From Octopus bimaculoides (taxonomy: Eukaryota), in assembly GCF_001194135.2 (NCBI RefSeq), contig NC_068987.1:9707429-9744718 (forward strand): 37,290 nucleotides of DNA. The letters run 5' to 3'. How positions within the stretch are numbered: the first letter of the stretch is position 1; each line of letters begins with the position of its first letter. Of this stretch, positions 1-11,814 are shown one piece after another. The notes below the pieces were generated by a model. It saw nothing but the letters and a program-made list of their open reading frames with translations. It was not told the origin of the DNA and did not search any database. The position numbers were made by a program, and so were the translations under genes.

Positions 1-427
1 TATATATATATATATATATATATATATCAGTATATATACACACACTTAAAACAAGTGTTTGAAAATATAAGCAACATTTAACATAATAAATAAACCCTGT
101 AGTCGAAAGAGGTTTTATATCTAATTCGGGAAAGTTATATCAAAACTCAGCATGATGTAAATTATTGTACGTAAGGAAGAGATGCATGTTTTGTCCCCCA
201 GCATGTGTTTATTTGTACCTTTTATGAAATTCCGTTGGTGTTTTTGCGCGTGCACGAGCGCGCGCGTGTTAATCAACCTTTGTGAAAAAGGAATTTATAT
301 AAACAACTTACGCTATTTGTGTTAGCTTTTATTTTAAGTTTTGTATATTAGATCAACCACCAAGAGTTAATTCCGCAGGGCAGTTTGCAAATTTGTAATT
401 TGTATTCTGTATGTGTGTGTGAGGGTT

Positions 428-463
<36 letters not shown>

Positions 464-654
464 CGTGTTGTCGTGTGAGTGGGTGTTTATGTGGGTGCGT
501 ATGTATATGTCCGTATGTGAGAATGCTTCCGCATATTTGCATGGTTTGTGTGTAAGAGTTTCACATTTTCATGCTAATTTGTATGTATGACTGAATAGAT
601 GCACGTGCATACGTTTCCTTTTAGCCTGTGTTCTTAGGCATTACTGCTGGGGTC

Positions 655-713
<59 letters not shown>

Positions 714-859
714 CATAGTCTTATTCTATTTGCAGTTTACCACTGCACATCCGAGTGCAGGTAGTGTGCTTTGAGGATATGCAGCATTTTACGTTGGGTT
801 TGTATTTTCTTTCGTATCAAGAGCGTTTCACAATTCATTATTTCTTGAGGAAACAGTAC

Positions 860-1160
860 TGGTTGAGAACAGCATTCTGTGTACGTTACTTAACGTGGAT
901 ACACTATTGAAAGTCTCGAAACTACAGTCCTAATCTTGAGAAATTATCTCGTATAGACATATAGTGCTAAAAAGCACAGAAATGTATCAACAGCAGACGG
1001 AATGCATCCAGCAGCAACGGTGGAATTGCTAAATCATGATTTCTGTCTTTTTGCACCTCATCAGTAGCAGATATCCACTATCAACCGCATGCTTAAACAA
1101 ATTTCGATTCTATTGATATAGAAGAACAATGATTAACTAATTACTGGTATGCAAATGGCT
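860..1160 (-). mobile_element. Unclassified hammerhead-bearing interspersed repeat (family 2), copy 1; PLE-terminus or retrozyme-like
   Basis: Colinear patchy homology with 30915-31190, e.g. TATAGACATATAGTGCTAAAAAGCACAGAAA vs TATAAACATATAATGTTAAGAAACACAGAAA, and CTATTGATATAGAAGAACAATGATT vs CTACTGATATAGTAAAACAGTGATT. Contains a CTGATGA...GAAA core on the minus strand. Confidence 0.7.
1027..1069 (-). ncRNA. Minimal type I hammerhead ribozyme-like motif
   Basis: Minus strand reads TGCTA-CTGATGA-GGTGCAAAAAGACA-GAAA-TCATGA-T-T-TAGCA. Helix I TGCTA/TAGCA (5 bp), perfect palindrome ATCATGAT as helix III, AUU cleavage triplet; helix II imperfect. Confidence 0.6.
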
Positions 1161-1317
1161 GACAAGGTGAGTAAAAATTTCGTCATTTGCGAAAGAAAGT
1201 GTATTAGTACAAAACAGTATTTTGTATGTCTTACTTAACGTGGATATACAAATTGAAAGCTGTAAGACTTGCGGGATTCGTCCTGAGAAAGCTTCTTGTA
1301 TAAGCGTTTCACAAATA

Positions 1318-1358
<41 letters not shown>

Positions 1359-2478
1359 CATACACATATACACGCATACACNNNNNNNNNNTATATATAT
1401 ATATATACATACAGTATATATATATATATACACATTTGCGTAAGTATATCTGATAAACATCTATACAAAATTTTACACACATGCACATACATGTGCTCGC
1501 GTTCGGTTACATGTGTCGATCCCTCCTAGCCTTATAGTATTCTATAGCATACAACACATGACTACATAATAAATATAACGAAAGACCGGGTACAGAATAC
1601 ACACAAGATTCTCCTCTGTATACGTCACTCTTAATCTAAAAGAGGAAAAAATCCCATTCACACACACACACACACACACACACAAGCAAAAATAAATACC
1701 GTAATTTTGGTCCGGAATTTAGCATTGATTTTACGAGTTTCTTTCCTTGATTTAGACATTTATCATATACATTCACGATGTGCACAAGCTTGATTTAATT
1801 TCCCTATTGTTTCCAAACTGCTACTCATCACTTACGTTAATCTCACTGAGAAAGGTACGTAAGTAAATGCCAATATTACTTCTAGAATTCTCCTAAATTC
1901 TTCCGATTTGTGCCAGAATAAGAAATCGATATGTTTGCAACAACTATTAACATTGTAAAAATGTCGTATCTATGATAATATAATGTCAATGAATGTTCTC
2001 GTCCAACGTAAATTTTTCGGCAATTTAATTTCGGTTATTCCACCCCAAGACATTATTTTGGTTTGTTGTTTGGAATGACGAAATATTTCAGTCCCTAAAT
2101 TTATTAGCATTTTGAAAGTCCTTAGAATGTACGGTTCACAATAATTCGTTGTTTCCTCATTATAAATCATATTCGAATTGTTAATTTATTTTCTTTGATA
2201 TCTTTATCATTATTGATACTCCACTAACATTTCCACATCTGGTTTTTATAAAGCTATTGCTTCACAATCGTACCTTCAATTTATTCCTCTCAAACTACTT
2301 ACACAGCAATTACTGTTTCAATCCCACGATTTCTTTCATTTTGTAGACTCAGATTTGCTTTTCAAATGAACCGTTTCCCTTTCACGAGAGATTATTCTGT
2401 AGCGTCGCCTGGCGGAAAACCACATGGTAATGTTTTATACATTGGATCTAAACAGTTTACACACACGCACCGCGCGCG

Positions 2479-2510
<32 letters not shown>

Positions 2511-2664
2511 NNNNNNNNNNNNNNNNNNNNNNNNNNNNNNNNNNNNNNNNNNNNNNNNTATATGTATAAGTGAAATTAGGAGAAGCACAAGTTTATATCA
2601 TTTCTTTCTTACGTACATATGTATATTTATATAAGTATGTATATGTGTGTGTGAGTATGTGAGT

Positions 2665-2702
<38 letters not shown>

Positions 2703-3242
2703 GAGTTAGCGTAATGATAGCCTCCCTTGTCAATCTAGTATGCTGGTGAACCCATCAAAATAGCTTCCTTTCTTTATTGTTTCCTTGTTTTAACTCAGGA
2801 TATGAGGCAGAGCCCATGACTTTTTACAATGCGATTGAGACTGGTGGAAGAGAGAGATGAAAGGAAGTGTCTGTAAATTAGTGTCACGACCCAGATGCTT
2901 GCAACTGAGTGGATTCTGCTAAAGTTACCCAAGGGGTTAAACCGGCCGACAAATTATATCTTACACCCCAAAATGTCATATCTGACATTCTTAGTTCCAC
3001 CAATCTATTCCCTTGGGTGGTACATCTTCTGGACTCCGAAAAGGTGAAAGGAAAATTGAATTCGGTAGGATTTGAATTCAGAGTACAGAGAGCTGTAACA
3101 ATTATATCGAGGCTTTCCTCCCTTCGCCCTAATGTCTCTGTCAGTTCACTGCCTTGCAACATAGATCGCCGCACATTTGGGCGGGATGGTAAATGATAGA
3201 AATTAGAGAGAACAATAGAACAATATAAACTAAATATATGTT

Positions 3243-4440
3243 GTGCATATATCTAAAGGAGAAAGTGATCAAATTATTATGACGGAAGGCAATATGCTTT
3301 TTATCTCTGAGAGAGAAGATGATACGGAGTATGCTGGAGCTCGCTTCATTCTGTATAAAGAGGCTACGCTTGCCTCCACTAAATGGAAACCTTTTGTTGA
3401 TAACAGAATGTTTTTAATGAAATGTAAAGCTAACCATTGTAACAGTAGTTTTGTTGTTTGTTTCACACCAATAAATAATGCAACAGATGAAGAACAAGAT
3501 TTTCCTGCCAATTCTTGGAGGAAGGAATTGATATAATATCAGCAAGAGATATGAAAATTATTATTGGAGATCTAAATGGGAAAAGCTGACAATAGCTACT
3601 AAGGTATGGAAACAGAGGATGAGTATCCGTAGGCTTGACATTGCTAAATGAATATAGTATAAGATTGATCGGCTTCTGTACTGTGCAGCCAGCAATCTTA
3701 TCATAAGAAATGTTTTGTTTAAACAGGAGGACATTCATAAACACATTTGAACATCTAGAGATAAAAAATATTGTAATCAAATAGATGTTATATTGATAAA
3801 TCGGCCTCAAGATTTCTGTTTAATGTTAGAATATATCAAGGCATAGATATCGGAAGTGCTCATCTATTAGTGATACGGAAAGAATCGATTTAATATTAGA
3901 AGCTAATGAAAAGGAAGAACAGATTAAGCAGGCTGGTTCCTGAGAATTTGAAGGATGGTACAATTTACCCTTTGCCTGTCCAAAGCATTTTTATGAGTTT
4001 GTTCCAAACGTCCATGCTTGTTTTCAAATGTTTAGTCAGCCCTCGTTTCATACGTCCTGGTTGGTACAAAACTTTTCTTTCATAAAACCCAACTTACTCT
4101 GGTGGTTGAAAAAAAATTGGGAATGTGTATTATGATGCAACGATGCCAAGAAAAGGTGTCCTGGGTATCAAATTCGATATACAAGTCAGGCAAAGAGTTA
4201 AAAATGAATTTGTAATTGAATGTCAGAATTGAAATGTAGTTGCTGAACTTCTAAAAGAAAACGCTGAGGACATCAATAGCGTATGGAAAAATGAAGCCAA
4301 GGATAAAAAGAAAATAGATTTTGGATGAAACATAACAAGCTACTGAGGAACGAAAAGAGAAGGAACGAATATAAATTATTGAAAGTTAGGAAGCGAATAA
4401 TATAGGATATGAGACCGATTTGATGTCACTGATTCGACGC
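3243..4440 (+). mobile_element. Degenerate RTE-clade LINE, apurinic-type endonuclease region (stops, frameshifts, probable insertion near 3940-4140)
   Basis: Translations give APE motifs: ARFILYKEA..KWKP..DNR, CFTPINNATDEEQ, KIIIGDLNG, RLIGFC, NVLFKQEDIHKH, NQIDVILI, VRIYQGIDIGSAHLLV. These match the YAPT, GDFNAK, HK.TW, NQID and GSDH pattern of RTE-type elements. Confidence 0.85.
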
Positions 4441-4819
4441 TGACTTATTTGACAAATACTGTAATGCTTCCCTCATTCTATTCTCACTTCTTCTTTATAT
4501 GCATATTTCTCTTTATGTATATGAGGAAAGGGTACGTGTTCAATTAATTTGTAATTTTTGTCTCTCCCTCCCCCTCTTTCTCTCTCGCTATCTCCACCCT
4601 CTCTCTCTCTGTTTCTCTCACTCTTTATTTCTGTATGTGTCCATGTGTGTTTATGTCCTGGGTAAATGTCTACTACTATAGACGTTAAGTTACGGAGAAA
4701 CTTACCTGAAGTGCCGCCCCCACTCTTTGTCCCTACACCGTTTGACAATCAATGCTGATTATTTACATTCTCATCATACGTATGTGTTTATATGTATGTG
4801 TGTGTGTGTGTGCACACTT

Positions 4820-5015
4820 TTGTTTGTTCCCATAACGCTTTACAACCGATGTCTGTTTGTTTACTTCATCGTAATTTAGCGGTTTGGCAGAAACGTCCGA
4901 TAGAATGAATAACAGGTTTAAAAAAAAAATGATACGTCCTGGGGTCGATTTGTCTTACTAAAATCCTTGAAGGTGGTGCCCCAGCATGGCTGCAGCCCAA
5001 TAATTGAAATAAATG
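4820..5015 (+). mobile_element. Octopus-type SINE family A, 3' half
   Basis: GTAATTTAGCGGTTTGGCAG...GTCCTGGGGTCGATTTG...GGTGCCCCAGCATGGCTGCAG matches the copies at 32350, 33430 and 34715. Confidence 0.85.
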
Positions 5016-5354
5016 CATGATAAATGGAAATTATATCATATGACTTTATGATAACATATGGCCACTTAATTCATCACATGATAGCCATTTAGAAATATAT
5101 ATACTGAGCCACTGATACTAACTGTATTGGTCAGAAACATGGTGGCCGGAAGTGGGGACACGATGGTAGAAACTGAATTGATAATATTCCAGTTGTTGAG
5201 ATGTTGGTGATCATGGTGCTTCATTGTTACAACGGCCGTCGTTGTTTGATTGGTCTTAATTATTGATGCCATTATCCATTAGGATAGTTTGCTAATACCT
5301 CTGCCGCTTGATTGATGCAAAATGAAAATATTCCCGGTTGCAATTTGTTAAATT

Positions 5355-5548
5355 TGGTGAGCTGGCGAAATCGCTAGCGTATCAGATAAAACGCTTAACT
5401 GCATTTCTCCTAGCTCTTTACGTTTTGTGTTCAAATCCTGCTGAAGTTGGCTTTGTCTTTCATTCTTTCGGAAGCTGAACACTGGGATCGATGTAATCGA
5501 TCTGCCACTTCGTCAAAAATTGCTGGCCTTGTATCAAACCTTGAAACA
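5355..5548 (+). mobile_element. Octopus-type SINE family B, diverged
   Basis: GGTGAGCTGGCGAAATCGCTAGC...TGTGTTCAAATCC...CACTGGGATCGATGTAATCGA; reverse complement of the 35030-35266 copy. Confidence 0.75.
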
Positions 5549-5867
5549 ATTTGGAACAAATTTTACAAAACTGACGCACTATTTAATTTTAGCCAACAAT
5601 TTTCTTATAAATGAGAACCTTTCAGTATTTTAAATTACATCGCTCTATCGAGCAGACAATTCGATGTTACACATCGCTGGTCAAAATGCTTCCCCAATTC
5701 TTCTTTGATTGCGTCATTCTTTTCTATCTTGGCTTTAACTGTTTAACTAGATCGTCTTCCCCTCCTCGTCGAGATCTTCTTAGCGGTTTTCTCCGATGTT
5801 TTAGATTCAACTCAGCAACTGCACGGATTCACCTATTGTCTGTGAACCTTGCAATAGACAAAACCTG

Positions 5868-5965
5868 TAGTTAAATGTTAAAAGCATATTGTATTGCCAA
5901 AAACGAGAACAACACATAGTTAAATGTTAAAAGCATATTGTATTGCCAAACACGAGAACAGCACA
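5868..5965. repeat. 49-bp tandem duplication (2 copies, 2 mismatches)
   Basis: TAGTTAAATGTTAAAAGCATATTGTATTGCCAAAAACGAGAACAACACA at 5868, repeated at 5917. Confidence 0.95.
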
Positions 5966-6316
5966 TAACTGTGATTGGCAGAAATGAATACATGAATGTA
6001 AATTAAATTAGTTAATGCATATATTATTACATTATTCATTCTACAAGTTCTTATTTACCTATTCTTCATCAAATATCTTTGAAAAGACACAACGCTTACA
6101 ATTTTGTGAACATTTACGAGATATATCGGTTACAATTTCACGTTAATACACCCAAAAAACAACGCATGCGCACATATACTTGTGAATATTCGTAACTGTG
6201 TGTCCGTTTTAGAATTCATATCTATATATATGAAAGTGTATATATGTTTACATGTATACGTATGCATGTGAACGTGTATACATATGTGTGAGTGTGTGTG
6301 AGCGTGTGAGTAAGTG

Positions 6317-6352
<36 letters not shown>

Positions 6353-6829
6353 GTGTGTTTGTGCACGTGTGATTTAGCATGCGTATGCGAAAGTATATCG
6401 ATAATTTCGAAGATTCCTACGGAAGATTTGTTTTAGATGAAAGAACGATGAGAAAGCACATGCTGATAAAGTAAACATGCAGTGAAGTGGATACGAATTA
6501 GACAAATTTCCTGAAGCTTTAAAGACGCTGAGATGCTAAAGATAACGGCCGAAATTCTTCAGACATCAAATGAAACATTTTTATAGCAACGCAGCGCAGT
6601 AAATCTCAAAATTCATGTGAAGAGCCAAACAAAGAATGTACTCTGGCACATACAAATACACGTCTAAACAAACTCACGTCATCAAGAGACATGTATACAT
6701 ATGTGTACGCATCTGTGCTTATGTATGTATGTATACATGTATCTAGAGATGCATTAATATAAATATATATGCTTGTAATTATGTTCATATGTTCATATAA
6801 ATTTATACATGTAGTGGTCTTTATCTATC

Positions 6830-7777
<948 letters not shown>

Positions 7778-9027
7778 GTAGGTAATGTATCCTGTTGCTG
7801 CAGCATATATGTATGTCATGTTACGCAATCTAAGCAGTAAGTTCCGAAAAGTTTAGAGAAAAGTGATAGATATGCTTACTTTATTGCCACTTTCTGCAAA
7901 GAAATGCATAAATAATGAGATAATTAGATAATTAAATGATTAAATAAAGAAATAAATAATAAAATAGTCGAGCATATTAAACAATAACAAATATACATGT
8001 ATATACAAGCCGAATATAACGGGTAGCTGCAACAGTGCAAAATCTTGCCCGTGAAATCAAAGGCTTCCGTTAAGAAAAAAATAAAATGGCGGACAGTATC
8101 ATATTGATGTATAGCTATCTCTTAGCTAGTTTCTTAATGTTTTTTTAGTAACTTCGAGTAATGCCGACTTTTAAAAGACCGTAATTAAATTTGAATGAGA
8201 ATTGCTTACAAAAATAAGCGTTTTAAATATTCCTTTCTGTCTTTTTCAGTTCATTCTTTGCTTGTTTATTGCATTTGATCTGTTTTTTGATTGCTTTTTG
8301 TTATTAGTTCGTTTTATTTCTCTTTTAAGATTGCAGTTTATACATGAGATGAAACAATGAAACATTTCGTATTTCACTATTCCTAATATATGCTTGTATT
8401 ATTTGTGTACACATACACGCACACACGCACCCCCCACACAGACACACATATATATGCGAACACACATGATCTCACACATTACTGTTCAGTTGCAGATAGA
8501 TGCATACAGATATAATACGAATATCTGCGTTCAGTCATTTATCCAGGCAGAAAGCAACAGCTATACACTTTATCAGTTATCTTCGCGCGTTTTTAAGACG
8601 TAAATTGACACGCGCGTAGTTGTGTTGGTGAGCACGAATTTCTGCTGTGCGTATTGGCATATGCATGCGTGTATGTCTCTGCGCATGTACAAACGACTGA
8701 AAAAAAAAAGAAAGAACATAGAAACCTTGCATATTCTTCTAGGTCCCAGTTCTCCAACGTAGAATGTCATTGGTATAATAAATTCCATTCAGAATAGCAA
8801 GCACTGCGTGCCATTATAGAACGAAATTTCGACTTCGAAGGAACGTTTATGCCCCAACAATATCTATTTTCGTAGCTTCGAAGCCCTTTGGTACGTAGTT
8901 TTAATTTTTTTAATTATTATTTGCTGCCGAATGTAACTGCGCTTGCGCGGTGGATTTGAAAAATTAGAATGCAGAGATATGTAGCACGTGTATTCTCCGT
9001 GTTGCATAAATTTGCATTAATCTTAAC

Positions 9028-9099
9028 GCCATTACTGAAGAAGCACGGATGGCAGATTAATTTATTTGCACATTAATGCAGAAACTCGAGTCTGGGGGT
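9028..9099 (+). ncRNA. Candidate orphan minimal hammerhead motif
   Basis: CTGAAGA (9035-9041), A, GCA...TGC, A, GAAA (9081-9084), palindrome ACTCGAGT (9084-9091), GUC triplet. Helix I GCCATTA/TGGGGGT is weak (wobbles plus one mismatch). No second copy in the window. Confidence 0.3.
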
Positions 9100-9242
9100 A
9101 ACTATAGAAATATTTTTATTTTCATTCCCTTTGAAATTACTCTTATTCGTGGTTAGGGCTTTACTTGCCCTTTCTAGCATGTAAGGTGTCCTGATAAAGG
9201 TAACCCCTTTTGTGTATAAATACGTAAACTATTTTATATATA

Positions 9243-9331
9243 TTCTTTTATTTGTTTCAGTCATTTGACTGCGGCCATGCTGGAGCACCGTCTTTAGTCG
9301 AACAAATCGACCCCAGGACTTATTCTTTGTA
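9243..9331 (-). mobile_element. SINE family A, 3' end
   Basis: TTTGTTTCAGTCATTTGACTGCGGCCATGCTGGAGCACCGTCTTTAGTCGAACAAATCGACCCCAGGACTTATTCTTTGTA is the reverse complement of the family A tail. Confidence 0.9.
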
Positions 9332-9749
9332 GGGCGGAAAGCTGACAAGGTTGTGCGTCCGCAGAATCATTAGAATATCATATAAATGTTTAACGGCATT
9401 TACTAACTTCCCATTAGGTTCTGAGTTCAAATCCAATCAAGATAGGCTTGATTTTTCTTTTATCGTTTGGCCGTCGACAAAATAAGTCGTAGTCCATTAC
9501 GGATGAAATCGATCTAATCGGCTGTTCGCTTTCTCCGAAGAAGACAATAGAGCTAATCACCAGTTGATGAATGATTCTAATCAGTGATAGTTCAATCAAT
9601 TGATTCTTTTTAACCTCGCTAGTACGTGGAATAAATAAATGGTAAATAACAATGATTGTTTCGTCAAATTAAAAGGGGATATTCTATCTTAACATCAATC
9701 TAATTAATGCACATAAACGTTGTCTGTGTAAATGATTCGGTAAAAAAGG

Positions 9750-9793
<44 letters not shown>

Positions 9794-9998
9794 ACTTCCA
9801 CGCGCACATTACCCACCATATATATGTATATATATAGAAGGCGTGTTGTTAGGGTGTCGTGGTTTCGGATTCCAGTCCTGGTGGTGTGTTATGTTTTGGA
9901 GCAAAATACTTCTTTTCCCATTTCTCTGCGATCATTTTGGCATCCGATGTGTAACACAACGTTCATTCGCGTAGGCATTGTCAATCTGATGCAGGAAA

Positions 9999-10378
9999 TG
10001 ATCACAACTGCTTAACTTCCCAAGCTAACCTGTCATAGCTCTCGACTTTTCTTTCTTCCTTATCGCATACCTTGTTGTCAGCTGGGCATGCTATGTCTAT
10101 GATCCAGCATCGTTTGTTTTCCTTCTCAATTAAGACTATGTCCGACTTCCTATTCTCTATCTCATGGTCGCACTGAATCATAAAACCCCATAGGATCTTT
10201 GCATTTCTATTTTCGACGATGCCTTCAGGTTTGTGGTCGTACCAAATGTTTGCCCTGCCAAGTCCATATTTGTTGCAGAGTGTCCAATGGACAAGCCTGG
10301 CTATATTGTCGTGGAGTCTCTTATATTGCTTCTGGGTTAGTGGCGTACACATTGGCTGGTAATATTCCATACGATTTC

Positions 10379-10380
<2 letters not shown>
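9999..10380 (-). mobile_element. R4/Dong-clade non-LTR retrotransposon fragment: end of CCHC knuckle plus restriction-like endonuclease (RLE)
   Basis: ORF 10002-10370 contains CTPLTQKQYKRLHDNIARLVHWTLC, ILWGFMIQCDHEI, KSDIVLIEK, CWIIDIACPAD and KEERKVESYDRL, matching the RHD, (R)PD, D.A.P.D and KE.EK..KY pattern of RLE elements. Its truncated 5' end abuts (TAA)n. Confidence 0.88.

Positions 10381-10442
<62 letters not shown>
10381..10442. repeat. (TTA)n microsatellite flanking the Dong-like fragment
   Basis: Pure TTA run of about 20 units. Confidence 0.97.
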
Positions 10443-10444
<2 letters not shown>

Positions 10445-11659
10445 CTGAGCGGAGTTTATGTTAATCCGACTGGATCTTACTTGGGAGTTGCGAAGTATTT
10501 CCAATCTGTATTAATCGGAGCCTTACCGATCTTGATTCGATTATTGGAATACTATGCTAGCCAGGATCCTACATTATGTACTGAGGAGATAATTACCAGG
10601 ATTATAATTATCCCCTGGATCAATACATATATACGTATGCATTTATGTATGTATGCATGTAGGCATGTATGTATGTATGTCTATATTCTTTGTCTTTCTT
10701 CAATCCATTATTTTATATATATATATATATATATTGTTATGTTTGTTATTTTGTTCTACTTGGTGTTGTTGTAGTTGTTTTTAGTTACATTCTTCTGTTA
10801 TTATTACGTTCTCATTTTAGCTCTCGGTATAATGGGACAACACTCGCAGTTGCAAACTAGCTGACTCTTCTTATATTGCTATTAAAAAACACACCAACCA
10901 GTGTGGTCATTTTTGTATGTAGTATCCAGAGAGAGACAATTATAGCGTCTAACTGATTGCAAGCTTCAATTTCTGTAACGTGTCTTTTATAATAACAACG
11001 TAACAATATATAAGACATGGCTAGTTCGACAACGAATGTTTAGTTGTTGAAGCTATAATTAAGGTGAGAGTTTGGCAAAAAAACAAAAACAAAAAAAACA
11101 CAATCAATGGGCTCTATCGATTTATCACCAAATCAAACGCTTTATTCGATAACCAAATTATATATGCATTATATATGAACTTGCGTTTGTCTGTATATCT
11201 GTGTGTGCATTTGTGGGGAGAGGACGTATCGATTTATCGGTCTCTTGTTTAAGTTCAAAATTTTAATACTCGTTACTTAATATAATAACATAAATTAATG
11301 TAAAAACACGTTGTACATCTTTATATGTATTTGAATGTTTTTTATGATTGGAAGGTATGCTTGTAATGCAAGGTCAATCGAAACAACTTGGTCTCCAACC
11401 GTAATTCTAATTTTGATTTTAAATTATATAGTATTTCTTAATCTCTGGTTGTAAAATCTTTTAATGAAAAGTATTTACATGCAGATCTACAGTTTTTGAA
11501 TTCTTGATATTTTGGCCAATTTTCGTTTTCGTAATATTCCAGTGTGCATAAAATCAAAATTTCCTTTGTTTCTACGAATCTTTCTGTTGGCCGCTGAAGT
11601 CTGTGTATTTCCAATTTGGTTCAATTCGGTATTCTGTGATGTCAAGCTATTTTAACAAC

Positions 11660-11797
11660 AGACCCCAAAACCTTTTAGCCTAAGACCTCTTCAAAATATG
11701 AAGAGGTCTTAGGCCAATAGGGTTTCGGATCAGACGATATGCCATAAAGCTAAACCCATTATGGACCTGAAACCCAGGGTAATTTCATAAACTGGCT
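11660..11797 (+). mobile_element. PLE terminal (pLTR) fragment with fold-back inverted copy and degenerate hammerhead (family 1)
   Basis: 11699-11797 aligns to the minus strand of 27230-27330 (GATATGCCATAAAGCTAAACCCATTATGGACCTGAAACCCAGGGTAATTTCATAAAC vs GATACGCCGTAAAGCTAAGCGCTTTATGGACGTGAAACCTAAGGTAAAGCCATAAAC). 11678-11693 is a perfect 16-bp inverted copy of 11699-11714. Confidence 0.75.
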
Positions 11798-11814
11798 TTC
11801 CCCACTATATATAT

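Noticed and set aside
736-760. 25-nt microexon between TTTGCAG and GTAGTG
   Set aside because: Weak donor, not frame-preserving, and overlaps decayed repeat sequence.
4264-4290. CTGAGGA-CAT...ATG-GAAA hammerhead-like core
   Set aside because: Lies inside the RTE coding remnant; no helix III, UH triplet or helix I.
6500-6565. CTGAAGA...GAAA on the minus strand
   Set aside because: No helix II base pairing and no helix I.
10494-10553. Pre-miRNA-like hairpin AGTATTTCCAAT...ATTGGAATACT
   Set aside because: The central part of the stem is poorly paired and there is no match to a miRNA I recognise.
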